64,000 nt of DNA from Bigelowiella natans CCMP2755 (taxonomy: Eukaryota > Protista > Cercozoa), in NCBI GenBank assembly GCA_000320545.1, contig ADNK01000546.1, positions 4,521 to 68,520 of the forward strand, given 5' to 3'. The translations under genes were made by a program, and so were the position numbers. Each line of letters begins with the position of its first letter. The stretch's first letter is position 1. The notes beneath the pieces are model-generated. The model saw only the letters and a program-made list of their open reading frames with translations, was not told where the DNA came from and did no database searches. Of this stretch, positions 48,413 to 61,900 are shown in pieces.

Positions 48413-49745
48413 ATGACCTTGTATAGTGCTCTGACATTCATCATTGCTGTATTGCCTGGGGATGTAGGAGCAACCTTCAGCTTACCCGACATCCCGGTGA
48501 CATCATGCTTCAATTGAAATCTCCTATCACGGCACTGATCCTATCCTGTTTTAGGATGCGCATTTCATCTTTCGTCATGCACAGTGCCGACTTTGTACCG
48601 AGATGGGGAACATCTGGTGTCCTACCGCTCCTGTGTTAAGGTGAATCTAAAGATTCTAGAAGTTGAAGAGAATTGATCGAATGAGCCTCCGAAATACCTT
48701 TCAGGGGTGGGAACAGGACCGACTCAGATGGAATTTGCGTCGATCCACAAAGGAATCTTTGTCCAAATTCGGGGCTAACGGATTCGGAGCAGTGCCCTGG
48801 TAGTATTAGGCAATGTATATGTTACTGCTCCATGATAACTGAATAAGTTGGTGTTTGTGGTGGATACAAACAGGCGATGAACCAGCGACGAAGGCGTCCT
48901 GTACATTGTGCACGTTGGATTCATTCACTTGGTGTCCCGACCTGGCTGGAGCTCCCATGGAGATCAATGAGTATGAAGGCAGATGCGTAGCATCTGGTCC
49001 GTGTGGGCAGCAAGTCACAAAACCAAGGACAGATCTGGAACACGACGATGATAACCACTGGCATCACCACGATCATGGCTATAGGCACCACCATCACCAC
49101 GAGAGATTTCTTGAAAACGGGTACTCAGCTAAGATGGATAGAAAATAATAAGTCGGAATACAAAGTACCGTGATTTCTAATATATGCAATACTTCTAGAA
49201 TAAAAGATGTTGGCTTCTGCAAACTTGACGATACTTCGGGAATTGCTATGGCAGTTGGAGCAGCTTCTGTCGGTCTATGGCTAGGCACTTTTGCGATGTG
49301 CCTCCTATGCCTTGCAGGTGAATATTTGGAGGAATTTACCTGATGCGCCATTGTTTCACGTATTCTAAACATATTAGGATCCGTCGTGGCAGTATGCACA
49401 TGTAAAGTGCTTACGAGCAAAGCCACACGAAGATGTTGCAGCGACATTGTCAAGTCGCTCAGAAATCGATCCCGGATCTCATCGACAACCACGCCTGTCA
49501 CCCAAGACGAGCATCTGGATAATACGATCAATACAGAAGACGAGTTGGTAGAACACGAGACTGTAGTTGGAATTGCACAAACCTCTCCACATATTAGAGC
49601 AGTGAATGATCCTCGTCCCATTTTGCGTTCACAGCCAACGAACAACTTTGGTTCTTCTGGCTCGAGTCAAAAAAACATGTTTTATCCTGATATGAAAGCA
49701 GAATATAAGTTGATTCCGTTAGCCACTGCTACTACTTCCGAGTAA
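48413..49745 (+). CDS. Cys-rich type I membrane protein (PSI/plexin-repeat-like modules)
   Basis: Signal-like MTLYSALTFIIAVLPGDVGA; QCRLCTE..ICVD..C and SCTLCTLDSFTWCP..RCV..C; TM AMAVGAASVGLWLGTFAMCLLCLAGSVVAVC; cytoplasmic tail is ORF 49386-49745. Confidence 0.55.
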
Positions 49746-50276
49746 AAAGTTGAAGGTGATGAATCCGGCAGTCGTGAATGATAGTCTATTATTGATACTA
49801 CATTTAAATAGTCTAAATTAGAGCAGCGTTTAGCGACAGACGTTGGGCAAGCGGTGTTCGTTATTCCGCATGCATCATTTACATTCGTATCTGTAACCTA
49901 GCCGACTATGACCACAGGCATAAGCATAATGCATCCTCTTTATTATTGTTTAGTGTATGCCGTAGGCTCCACGCTGAACTGCATGTGATGAGGACCAAGC
50001 TAGCTAGCATGACGACTTGTAGAGCCATCGCATATTTGACATGCATGTGCCGCAGGCACTCTAGCGCTATTTGCAAGATACGCATGGGCGTTGCAAAAAC
50101 TCAAGCAGCTAATGCGTGCGTGCTCACACACACACACATACACACATGTCCGTTTGATGCTCTAGATGTGCATACGCCTCGCCTACTACCTGCATGCACC
50201 GCTCTAGCGCTGCGCGCTGTGGGTTGATTATGTCTGCTATGTATGTGAGCATTATTACTGTGTATTATTTTCTCTC

Positions 50277-50313
<37 letters not shown>

Positions 50314-50665
50314 CCTCTTTCAGAACAGAGCTTCATGTACGCGCACGGGCGCGCATGTGTACGTTCACACATTCTGTGCATGTAAATACCAAACAATAAC
50401 CGAGTAGTTGGGAATATTCATATAATAATGAATCGAAATCTAAACCCAGGAACTCAAATCTAGGCATTTGAGATCCCTGTTACCAGTGTGTTCTTATACA
50501 TAGATTGCACATATTAGCATGCGGTACAAACAATGTGTGCATATAATTTCAAGATTCAGCCGATGTGCAAATGCGATCAATCTGAACATCACGATAATAC
50601 TGGTGGCAATTCTCCCTTGCCTTTGCTGCAAGGAGTTCCAAATTTTCAAGATGCCTCTTAGTAAT

Positions 50666-50874
50666 TTAGCTTGCAAGCTTGAAGTGGTAGCCTTTGAGGC
50701 GACTAAAAGCACCAAACCTAAACGACAATACCATACACGTCAACATAAAACAAAAGGAGACGTCCACGTTTGCGAGGTCTCCCCCGCTGTACATCTTAAA
50801 ATATTGACCTAATCTTGGCCTTTTGTTGCGGAAGAGATTGTTGTAATAAAAATCATGAGATTGTTGTAATGAAA

Positions 50875-50913
<39 letters not shown>

Positions 50914-51180
50914 ACGTGTTCTAACAATTAATATCACTCTACCCATGCTCTGATAGGGAAACTCCCTTCCCCGTATCCTTTACACCTGGGGGGGGAGGAG
51001 TGATAATTGATTTCGACATCTTTATACTACTTTATAAACTATTACCTGTCCACGGCAGCATTGGATCGAGATAGTCGCAACGGTTCATGAAGACCGTTCC
51101 TAGTTTATTTTGCAAGCACATAAGATTGAGGAATGAAGAAGATCCAAGGCTAGTAAAGGTATTCGCATGCTTACTCACGC

Positions 51181-51215
<35 letters not shown>

Positions 51216-51242
51216 GCAGCACATTATAAAGTGTAATGTAAA

Positions 51243-51295
<53 letters not shown>

Positions 51296-51711
51296 GCACG
51301 TTTGGAGTCCATCATGATCTTCTATTGTAGCTAATAGGTGAGCACACAAAGACCCCTCCAACACTCACCGGCTTCGATCCTTGGAGCAAGCTGCATGGCT
51401 CTTTCTGCACTCTCAGTGAAAAGAACTCCAGTCTGTGAAACACCAAGCAGCACCAAAAGAGATTCATGCAAGGAGCACTCAGATTAGGCTACAATTCATT
51501 TAATTTAGAGATTTGAATATGTGGTTGCGAAGGCTCTTTCTCCTCTCTTTTCTTCTCTCTCGCGCTACACACACACACGCACGCATGCATGCACGCAAGA
51601 TATGATAATTGTTGTTCATAGAGCACAGACCAATCCGTAATTTGTCGAGTTCAGTCTCTCAACCTGTGGTCACATAATAATACAACAAAATAATAACGAG
51701 AATCACGCACA

Positions 51712-51750
<39 letters not shown>

Positions 51751-53425
51751 CCCGCGCACATGCCCATACATTAATAAAAGCGTAATCACTGCTGAACATG
51801 GCATCATCGATTTTGTAGAGTAGAAAAATGGTAGGAGGGATAAGGATAGATAGTACCGCATCATCATCGGACTTGACGGATGCAACTGCCAGTACAGGAC
51901 CAAAAGACTCCACCCTTTAAATCAACAACAGTTTGGAAGAAGAAGAAGAAGAAGAAGAAGAAGAAGAAGAAGAAGAGAGGGACAAGTACTGCTCAATCCT
52001 TATGTACTTGTAAAGCCATTTGCGTAATATTGATAGAAGCTATGAGAAAGATATCGATAATAAGATATATTAATATATCAATGGTGTGTTATTGATCTTA
52101 GTTTTACGTGGCGATGTCCATGTCACTAGTCACATCGGCGACGAGAGTAGGCTCAAAGAAACGGCCTTTTCCAGCGGAATCTTGTTTTTCACGATGGGAT
52201 AAAGATGCAGGAGCAGAATAATGGCAGTGGTGAGAATTGGATTACTTTAAGTAATATGATCTCTAGATTGAAGGGTGGTGTGTAGGTACAGAATACATCC
52301 CAAACAATTACTTTCGTTCGTACAAATGGAGTTTGGACGACGAATGAATGAAGATAAGAAACAAGGCGGGAAAAGGAAGAAGAAGAAATAGAAGGAGACA
52401 ATTGCAGCTCTTGAAGTTCTTCTTTATCATTATAATCATCAATCTTCTTTTGCCACCTCCACCCTCCTCTTCCTCTTCTTTTGTTGAACTCTTTCATCAT
52501 CATCATCATCATCACCATCATCATCATTCATTACCTGTTGTTGGCTTCCCTCCAACCACCACGCGCGCTCCCTTCGCACGGGCATCGTTGACCTGGACAA
52601 ATGATGCAATAATAGGAGACGATGACGATAGCTATGATGATCATGTCACAAGACGGAGGACTATCATCAACACGAGTGTACAGGCTCCTAGCATATCTTG
52701 CAAACCAATACCTGAGCTTCCAAAAAGGCTGGTTGTGAGCTCTGATGTGAAAGAAAAAGAAGAAGACATCTATATTATCAGAGTGCAGTCCGACTTAATA
52801 CCACAAAGGCAAGTGGGGTGTGTACGTCCATTTTAAGCGATCTATGCATTCGAGCAGTCAATAATGTGTGAAGCATAGAGTAGTAGTAGTAGAAGAAGAA
52901 GAAGAAGAAGAAGAAGAAGAAGAACGAGATAAGGTAGTAGCAGTAGCACCAAAGCCAAGGGTCCAAGAGTAGTTTTCTCATCGCTAGGATCGCCCAGTAC
53001 ATATCTGTCCCCGACACATTAGCAGCCACCAATAAAACGCATCAGGGATACGCTGCGTTTACTATTCGCATCGTCAGGAGAAAGTCATTGCTGCTGGAAT
53101 GAAATAGCTTCTTGTTGTCGTGGTGGTGGTTAAACGGTACTACCCGCTGATGGTTTCTGCGGCCTTTTCAACGAACTCATCGTACATGCTCTCGTGCACA
53201 TATACCCTGATAAGATTCAATAGAAGGGGAATAGGAAGAGGTTGGAAAGTCATTTCGTGGCCTCCCAACACTGGAGTGTATGGGTTGATGCATCATAGAA
53301 TATAGTATCATCTCAAAGCTGGTTTGCAGTAGCAGTAGTAGCATTACCTCTCAATACCGCAGCAGGATTGTCCTATTGTTTGATTCCAACCATATGGAAA
53401 AAGAATAACAATGACGAAGAGAAAA

Positions 53426-53456
<31 letters not shown>

Positions 53457-53646
53457 CTGAATGATTTATATGTTTTCCATGAGTCTGAGTGTGTTTTTTG
53501 ATGTGTCGTAAGATGACGGGTTGTTCATAAGCCATATGCCTATTGAAGAAGAGAAGAATCAGAAGAAAGAACTACCTGCGTTATAGAATGCCCCGTCGAC
53601 CTACACGGACATAATCATTATGAATATAGATAGGTACATATTCAAT

Positions 53647-53680
<34 letters not shown>

Positions 53681-55801
53681 CAGTCTATGAGAAACAGGGA
53701 AAAGAGCCACTACAATAAGATTTAATTCGCGAGAAATCAAGGACTAGCTCGTCCAAGAACACAATGGATTGTTGTACTCTCCTCCTCCTCCTCCTCCTCC
53801 TCCTCCTCCTCCTCCCCCTCTTCTCTTTTTGCACACTACTACTAACACTTACCAGTCCTGCAACCGCATTGTCTAGATTAGCGTCAGGGGCCACATAGGC
53901 CCCATCCTGTGTATGTGTGTAATAACGAGAATTTGAACAGGTATTATGGCTCTAACGAATAAGAGAATAATGTGGGTAAAGAGGAAGAAGAAGAAGAAGA
54001 AGAAGAAGAAGAAGGAGAAGGTGTTGATGATTTGTGATGCCGTCGGTAGTGCAGGCTGCTACGAAACACGATGGTAAAAAAGACGTGGGGCACCAACGGG
54101 TGCAGTGCTTTCTATTGCTGTGTTCTACTCTTACCTTGCCTCCCAGCTCCAATGTCGTATCGATGAATCGATTTCTGGCAACTGACTCATAAATCTAAAT
54201 AGAGGGCAGCGAAGGGGACCCGGACAACGAAGAGGGAGGAATGTGCGTATTAATGATGTGGAACATATCACTTCTACAACTATCTTTTGAATTTGGCTCA
54301 AAATGATCTCTCTACCCCACCCCCCTTCTACCCTTCTCTCTCACCTTATGGCCTGTCGCGACAGAACCTATAAAGATGACGAGAAAATAAGGTAAAATTA
54401 GTGAGATAAATGCAAAGAAGCTCTGTCGCAATGAGCTCATGGTGTGGCCTGTGTTCTTCTTTTGCCATCATTATTGTCTTCATCCTCTAAGACATAATCT
54501 CGTTAAAATGTATTCTTGTGTAGTCCTTCTTGATGATGATGATGATGATGATGATCATGATCATGATGCAGAGAAGTAAGAAAGAAACGACAACGCTGAT
54601 GACGGGAAAGCATACCAGTGAAGGACACGAATCCTATCTTGGGATGTTGAATTGCAGCATGTACGGTGTCGTTGTCCGTGTGGAGGGCCTGTTATGATGA
54701 TGATTAAGCGGCGCAAATGAGGGACTGTTGTATAACGTGCGGATTTATACCTCACACACATCATGTTTCATGGTAATCAGCACGATCGCACCCAAGTGAA
54801 TGTACACGTATCTATCTAAGCTTGCTACGGGAGAGGGTTGGATAAAACAAAGCTGAGTTAATTGGATCGGTGTTTCTTTATGTATTTACCAACATACATA
54901 CCTGCACTAGACCGACGGGAGCACCGCTACTTTCGAATGCACTGTTTAAAGAAGATGTCAGAGCAATCCAAATGCAGCAGGAACACCCCCCTGCCTCTAC
55001 CTCATTGATTTAACAAAATTATCATTGCTAGATGCTACATTATATCGCCACCGTTTTTATCTTAGGGAATTATTACGATTGGAAGTGGTTTGCGCATAAA
55101 GGCGTTCTTGGCGAGTGTTTCAGCACCACAGAGTTTCCTAAGAATAGAGTTCAAAGGAACAGATAGAGGAGGGGCGTTGGCTGGAAGTTGTTGGAAACCT
55201 CCACCTCATCATGATCATCATCATCATCCATCTTATGGCCATCAATCCTCTCCTTCTTCCTCTCCTTTCCGCCCCCCCCTAATGACTATACCAGCAAGGA
55301 CTGCCGGGATGACTGAATTGACTGTGGTGAGAAGTGGATAATTCCAAGGTGCTAGCACCAGGACTACTCCTACGGGCTCTCTTACGATCTGGAGAAACAA
55401 GGTAATTACAGTTAACATGACCATCTTCACATGCATTTATCATTTCTAGCTTTGCTGCTGTGCGTTGCAGTAACTGTGCGCTATTAATGACCTTCCTCAT
55501 GAAGCCTTCCTTGGGTAACACCTGATCGAGGAATCGAAAGGAAGGGGCGGGAGGGGGCGAGAAGATGAGGGAAGGAATTGCATCGACTACAAACATATAC
55601 ACATTTATCATCTTTGTTTCCACCTCATCAGCAAGGGCTTTAGGAGCGAAGTCGCACATGGCCTCCACGCGCTCCATAACACCGTTGACCTGTGCAGCAC
55701 ACCACATCGATTGTCACCGGTCAAGAGCGTAATTGGAAAGTCAACATCCAAGAGATAGCAGCAGCACTTGGTATTATTGCATGATGCTGTTGAGCTCTTA
55801 G

Positions 55802-55837
<36 letters not shown>

Positions 55838-56924
55838 CTCTCCTTGCGCTTGAGCTAGTGGTTTGCCCATCATCGAAGAAATATCCTGGGCGATCTCCTC
55901 CTTACGTTGCTGATAAAGGTGTGTGGACGACGTTTTACGTCATATATTCGGAAGGGGGGAAGGAGGAGGAGGAGGAGGAGGAGGAGGAGGAGGAGGAGGA
56001 GGAGGAAACACTCCCATAAAGAGCTTACCTTGAAATTTTCCATGAACTTTTGCACAACATCGATACCTGTGTGGAGGAGAAATTACGAGAGCGCAAGATG
56101 GTGAAAGGGTTGTGGTTGCGATTTTATGTCCTCAATTGCATACATGTCATGTTACATAGTATGATATTATGATATCGAAGGAATTTCGCCTCTCCTGTCA
56201 ATTTTATCCTCCCTGATGCACCGAGGTCGCATTCATATACATATACGATGTTTCTGCACATGCATAGCGATCTCGCTACACTAACTTATAGAATCCCAAC
56301 AAATGATATAGCTCCGTACAATTTATGTGAATATGCAGCGGTTCTACGTGTTCATCATCATCGTCATCATCATTATCTTCTTCTTCATCATCCTATGATA
56401 CACGCATTACGATGGTCAAGGCTTGTCTTTGCCCACTCCTCCTGGATCTTTAGACACATCAATTCACCCGTAAGAAACACTAACGCGACCACTGGATACA
56501 CAATCTTACACATGCAGGTATATGAATCAATACATATATCAATACTTACGCGCGTACACATGCGTATGCACATCAAAATACAGAGACACCAATGCATGGT
56601 TGTATATCTTATTATACGAAAAATTCTTCCAGCTGTGCACACCTTCGAACCTTCGTCAACCATTGCTAGCCCCGTCTGGCCAGTAGAATAATAATACACA
56701 ACAATTTCGTCAGAGAATGCTGTCGCTGGTATGCCCCCAGCCCCCACCATTTGCATCTATGCTACTTCAATGAAGTACGCCAAGCCTTCCATGGAAGCCA
56801 TTACCTTTTGGTCCACCGTAGAGATGCTGCAGTGGATCTCCGACGTATACGGATTATCCACGTTGATCACAGAAGAGGAGGAAGAAAATCGCTTCAGCTG
56901 AAAAGATGTTCCAACCTGCAGCAT
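50666..56924 (-). CDS. Aldehyde dehydrogenase (resembles the ALDH_EDX86601-like subfamily), possible mitochondrial presequence, many microsatellite-rich introns
   Basis: VDNPYT, REPVGVVLVLAPWNYPLL, VSFTGSVATG, LELGGKD, FYNAGQSCCGIER, ESFGPV, YGL, GTVFMNRCDYLDPMLPWTGVKDTGKGVSLS, FSRLKGYHFKLAS*. Confidence 0.92.
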
Positions 56925-57856
56925 TACACTTCAACGGACGTTTTCATCGAGAAAATGACTATCGCATGATCTGCTAAATTTGTTAAAATTATTCCGGAAC
57001 TTACTGGCAACTTTTGGGCAGCACGCCGCGAGCATTTCGAGGCCGTGATCGCTAACATAACGATCGGGGAGGCCTACGAGGTACAAATACAAGCAAGTGT
57101 TTTTCAGCCACGCTCCACTAGATCAGTTAATTGTCAGAAAGGCAGGGGCGGGTGGCACGTGGCAGTCAACTTGCGTTTGAGGATACCTTTGGAGTTATTC
57201 TCCGATTACACTGTTTAAACTGTAAGGGCAGTATGGGATTGTCGCACACAATAAAACCCCTACAGTTGTGGTAAAATTATCTGTCCTTCGATATTTCAGA
57301 ACCTGCCCTTGATTCTACAATGACGACAAGGATTCCAACATTTTGGGAAAAATGTAGTCTATTTTCAAGTTCAATGTTGCTCGCCAGATCCACTGAAATT
57401 GCACTCAGGAAGTCGCAGTCGCATTATTGCCGCTTGTCATACCGTTTCAGAACTTCACAACAGCTCACAGGACACTGATCCAGAAATCATCATCACTTCG
57501 GTGAGGTAATGAATAGTAAATATGGATGAGCTATCTTCACTGCTACTTGATAACTTCCGTTGACCATGACATCGTTCTCAGCCTAGTGGCGACCTTAGCT
57601 GTGACAGCTATCTCTGCCACTCAACGCACAATCCAGGGATCGACTGGAAGATTAAGGTAGATATTTTCGAATAGAAGAGGCCAGGGAGAGGCGGGGTTCA
57701 GAAATAACCGGGAGATTTCTGTCTTTTGAAAGCATGGTAGAAGGGATTTGATTCCATTCCAAAATGATATAGCGCAACATATTTTTTTGTACAGGACCAA
57801 CAAAAGTACGTCTTCGGACGATTCAAACTTATACTTCTGATATATCACCGGCTCAC

Positions 57857-60800
57857 ATGTTGCCGAACCTTCCCGTCTCTATGAGCTCCTTACTCACTCC
57901 AACTGTGCTGCTCTTTGCTTCTCTACTAAACCAAACTTCCGGTGCAATTTCTCAGAGCGAACAAGCAGCTCTTCGGAAGTTTTATTTGGCACTGGGAGGG
58001 GATGGTTGGTACGATAATAGTGGCTGGACGGGTTTGTTTAACACATCAGAATACAAAGACCCGTGCCAGTTTCATTCGAGTTGGGGGGTGGGGATAAATA
58101 GCTGCAATGCAGACAATACAAGCATCACAGGGCTCTCAGTGACCAAGCCGAACAACCTAAGCGGGACAATTCCCACGGAGACCATTATTGGACTACCCAA
58201 TTTAACAAATTTTGCAATAAACAGTCAACCACAAGTAAGCGGTTCAATCCCGGAAGCCCTAATCTGCGGCACCCAAGCAGCAGAGTCGATGGAATATATC
58301 TCACTTGACCTAAATTCTCTATCCGGATACCTGCCATCCCAGACGTGCTTCGCCAGCCGCTCAAGCGATGCGCAGCTGGGTTTCTTTTCCGCCGACGACA
58401 ACCAAATATCGGGGATGATCCCAGAGGGTCTAGTGTGTGGTAACCCGGCCACGGATCGGATAGAGGTGATACGTGTTGATAGAAATCTTCTATCAGGAAC
58501 CCTGCCTTCCGATAAGTGTCTTAGCAATCGATCAAGTGATGCGGTCCTAGACTGGTTCTCCGCGGTTAATAATCGCATATCGGGGACGTTTCCGGAAGGA
58601 ATAATGTGCGGCAACCTGGCCGCAGAAAGGATGCAGCGCCTCGAGCTTTCAGATAACGCCCTGTCAGGGACCTTCCCTTCCGAGACGTGCCTCGCCAGTC
58701 GGTCAGGCGGTCCAGGCATAAATGCTCTTTACGCCCAAAATAACCAGATATCGGGAACCTTTCCAGTGGGGCTCGTGTGCGGCAACCCAGTCACGGAAAA
58801 TATGTTGGACCTCTTTCTTCATACCAACGCTCTCTCAGGGACCCTACCATCTGAGAGATGCCTTGCCAAGCGGTCAAATGCCGCGAAATTGCGTATCTTA
58901 CGCGCCAACAATAACACGATAACAGGGACGATCCCGGAGGGGCTATTGTGCGGCAACCTGGCCGCAGAAAGGATGCTGGACCTCTCCCTTCACAACAACG
59001 CCCTGTCAGGAACCCTGCCAACCGAGACTTGCCTCGCCCAACGGTCAAACGATTCGGTCCTTACGAGGTTCGCCGTACAAGATAACAAGATATCGGGGAC
59101 GATCCCGGAAGGGTTGGTGTGTGGCAGCCCAGTTGCAGATCGGATGGATCGTCTAGACCTTAGTGCCAACGCCCTATCAGGGACCCTGCCATCTGAGGTG
59201 TGCCTTGTCAGCCGATCAACCAACGCAGCTCTGCGCGTTTTTCGCGTCTCCGAGAACCAAATATCGGGGACGATCCCAGAGGGGTTAGTATGCGGTAACC
59301 TGGCTGCAGATCGGATGGAGGAGCTCCGTGTTCATTCCAATGCCCTCTCAGGAACACTACCGTCCGAGGCGTGTCTCGCCAATCGGTCGAGCGATGCGGC
59401 CCTGAGTTATCTCCGCACCCAAGAGAACCGGATATCGGGAACGATCCCAACATCTCTCATTTGTGGGTCACGGAACCCTTTGCGGGTGGCAATTTTGAGC
59501 AAATGTCAGCTGTCTGGTACAGTGTCGAATTGTAGAGGAAATGAAGGAGCCAACACGAATCTCACGATTTTAGACCTGAGTGAGAACAATCTATCAGGCT
59601 CTGTTCCTGATATGGAAAGGTGGATTAACCTGCAAGTCTTGTCACTGAATAGAAATGGTAAATTAGGAGGATCGCTAAATGGTCTGCCTCCGACATTGAG
59701 ATATCTGGTGCTAGAAGGATCCAACCTAGAGGGAAACATCGAACGATTAGGATATCTAACGGAGCTGGAAAAGGTATATATGGCCGGAAATTACCTGAGC
59801 GGAACGCTTCCGAGCAGCATATTTCGCAACAATCGCAATCTGAAAGAGATCGTCTTGTCGCACAACACATTGAGCGGTAGCCTTCCAGATGCCGTGGGGG
59901 GTGCAAAGAATCTTAGCAAGCTGTTGCTCGATAGCAACCGAATCAATGGTCGCCTCCCCGACCGACTAGCCAGCGTGTTGAATGGCCTGAAGGACATAAG
60001 CCTTGAATTGAACGAGATGTCTTGTGATGTGCCTCAGCCGCTAAAATCCTGGCCCTCTGCTGATTCAGATACGGTCGAGATTCTCCAAGGCAATATATTT
60101 GGGTGCAATGGGATTGGTGCCCTTCGAAAGATTGACAGCGATGGCGACTCATATGTCTGTGGGAATGAAGCATATTTGGTGCCTTTTGGGGTTTCGGTGG
60201 CATTGTTGGCCATTATTATCATCCTAGGTTTCATCATGGCCTTCATCCGTCTTTATTATGGCGTTCCGCAGAATTTTGTACTTGCACGGTTGAGAGTTGT
60301 ATTTGTATGGTTGTTTAGCGACAGTGAATCGTATCTCCAGCTAGCTACATTGGGACTGAGTCGGCTGGCAATGCTGCTCGTTGGGATTTCGGTGCTGAGC
60401 TTGACCATCGCCATGCCAATCTACAAATCAGCAGACTCTCGAATAGAGTGCCAGTACATGAATAAGATGTCCCTGGCGTTTGTGCAAAAGTCTGATGGTA
60501 TCGGCACATATTCAATAGCGTGGGTGGTCACCACGCTTCTCATCACATCCTTAGCAGGTGTTAATCTTGTTTTGTGGAGATCACGACGAAGGTATGATCT
60601 CGCACCGAATATTACTGAAGAGAAATTTGGCGACCTACAGCTCACCCAAGATCTCACCTTCAACTCGGACGTTTTGCAGTCAAGTTGTGCTTTGGAGGCG
60701 AAGGAGGTGAAGGATGTGAAGGAGCCAGTCGTAAATTTCAATCCCACCGAATACACGCGCTTGGAGGGGATGAAAGACAATGAGATAAATGCTACAATGA

Positions 60801-61900
60801 AATCTTTTGTAACGAGGCTTGGCTATGTAGCGAAGGCTACGATACTACTCATGTTGTTCCTTTTGCTGTTTGGGCTGATTTTTTCGACAAGTGCGGCTCA
60901 AGTAGCATCTGATGCTTCAACACAAATAAACCAGACATACAAACAGCTTCTGACGTTTGCTCTTGCTGCGGCCCACGTCATTTTATCTCTAATTTTACCG
61001 ATATTCGTCGATAGTATCATCTCGCTTTATTCATTGTGGTTTCGAGGGGGGTGGGCACCAGAAGAGAGCTCGACCTTCGCTTTAATTTTGAACACGATGT
61101 TGAGCACAACTCTCAACATACTTGCCCCAATTGGTTGCGAGTCTTTTATCTCTCCATCTTGCCTAAAACCATTGATTAAAACAGCTAAATCGTATCCGTC
61201 TAGTCCCATTGAAACTGGCGTCTGTTCAAGCTTTCTAATCCACGCAGTTACGGGAGAGATATTGGGATGTGATGAGTATTTGGTCCTAGAGACAGGGTCA
61301 TACACCCCTCCATTCCACTTTCGAGCAGACTACTGCACCTCACAGCTCGTGCGAGTGTTCGCACCCTTCTTTATTTCTATGGTGCTGCAAATGCTGATTG
61401 CCCCCTTTTTTCTGAATTTAGCCCCCTTTATCTGGGCCGACCCTTTATCACAGTATGGTTCGCTGTTAGGAGATTTTCGTTACGCAATATGGCCCATTTT
61501 GACAGTCAAACTCAAACCAAGGGAACTCGTCCGAGTTGCGAGCAGCATCGTTCATTTTGGCTATGCCGAACAGCTACTTCTTCTTGGTGTGATGCTGACC
61601 ATGGGAATAGCTGCGCCACTGGTAGCAGCTGCAGTGGCTTTTGTGTCGATTGCGTTAGCATTTCACTACGCGAACATGCTGTTGACCATTCACAGTTGTA
61701 TCGCTGGGAATGAGAAGGCGAGGAAGCTCCTCCACGGGACAAATTTTGAGGTAATGCCTTTGTATCCATTTGCTTCCCCTTGCCTTGGAGCACTGCTATT
61801 TTGGGGGCTATTCGGTTGGTACGGGCTGAATTTGGCTGGAAAGTTGGAATGTACGCTGTTTTGTCATGCGTTCTTATACTTATGGGTTACACATGGTTGA
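57857..61900 (+). CDS. Intronless LRR receptor-like protein: signal peptide, LRR N-cap, plant-type LRRs, multiple TM helices
   Basis: 1347-aa ORF; EQAALRKFYLALGGDGW..PC..WG cap; repeated NxLSGTLP/NxISGTIP; several hydrophobic helices after GNEAY; no kinase domain. Confidence 0.9.
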   Translation: MLPNLPVSMSSLLTPTVLLFASLLNQTSGAISQSEQAALRKFYLALGGDGWYDNSGWTGLFNTSEYKDPCQFHSSWGVGINSCNADNTSITGLSVTKPNNLSGTIPTETIIGLPNLTNFAINSQPQVSGSIPEALICGTQAAESMEYISLDLNSLSGYLPSQTCFASRSSDAQLGFFSADDNQISGMIPEGLVCGNPATDRIEVIRVDRNLLSGTLPSDKCLSNRSSDAVLDWFSAVNNRISGTFPEGIMCGNLAAERMQRLELSDNALSGTFPSETCLASRSGGPGINALYAQNNQISGTFPVGLVCGNPVTENMLDLFLHTNALSGTLPSERCLAKRSNAAKLRILRANNNTITGTIPEGLLCGNLAAERMLDLSLHNNALSGTLPTETCLAQRSNDSVLTRFAVQDNKISGTIPEGLVCGSPVADRMDRLDLSANALSGTLPSEVCLVSRSTNAALRVFRVSENQISGTIPEGLVCGNLAADRMEELRVHSNALSGTLPSEACLANRSSDAALSYLRTQENRISGTIPTSLICGSRNPLRVAILSKCQLSGTVSNCRGNEGANTNLTILDLSENNLSGSVPDMERWINLQVLSLNRNGKLGGSLNGLPPTLRYLVLEGSNLEGNIERLGYLTELEKVYMAGNYLSGTLPSSIFRNNRNLKEIVLSHNTLSGSLPDAVGGAKNLSKLLLDSNRINGRLPDRLASVLNGLKDISLELNEMSCDVPQPLKSWPSADSDTVEILQGNIFGCNGIGALRKIDSDGDSYVCGNEAYLVPFGVSVALLAIIIILGFIMAFIRLYYGVPQNFVLARLRVVFVWLFSDSESYLQLATLGLSRLAMLLVGISVLSLTIAMPIYKSADSRIECQYMNKMSLAFVQKSDGIGTYSIAWVVTTLLITSLAGVNLVLWRSRRRYDLAPNITEEKFGDLQLTQDLTFNSDVLQSSCALEAKEVKDVKEPVVNFNPTEYTRLEGMKDNEINATMKSFVTRLGYVAKATILLMLFLLLFGLIFSTSAAQVASDASTQINQTYKQLLTFALAAAHVILSLILPIFVDSIISLYSLWFRGGWAPEESSTFALILNTMLSTTLNILAPIGCESFISPSCLKPLIKTAKSYPSSPIETGVCSSFLIHAVTGEILGCDEYLVLETGSYTPPFHFRADYCTSQLVRVFAPFFISMVLQMLIAPFFLNLAPFIWADPLSQYGSLLGDFRYAIWPILTVKLKPRELVRVASSIVHFGYAEQLLLLGVMLTMGIAAPLVAAAVAFVSIALAFHYANMLLTIHSCIAGNEKARKLLHGTNFEVMPLYPFASPCLGALLFWGLFGWYGLNLAGKLECTLFCHAFLYLWVTHG
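58280..59470 (+). repeat. Coding tandem array of ~174-bp units (two alternating 29-aa LRRs)
   Basis: Recurring atatcggggacgatccc.ga.ggg..gtgtgcggcaacc and aacgccct.tcaggaaccct.cc blocks. Confidence 0.85.
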
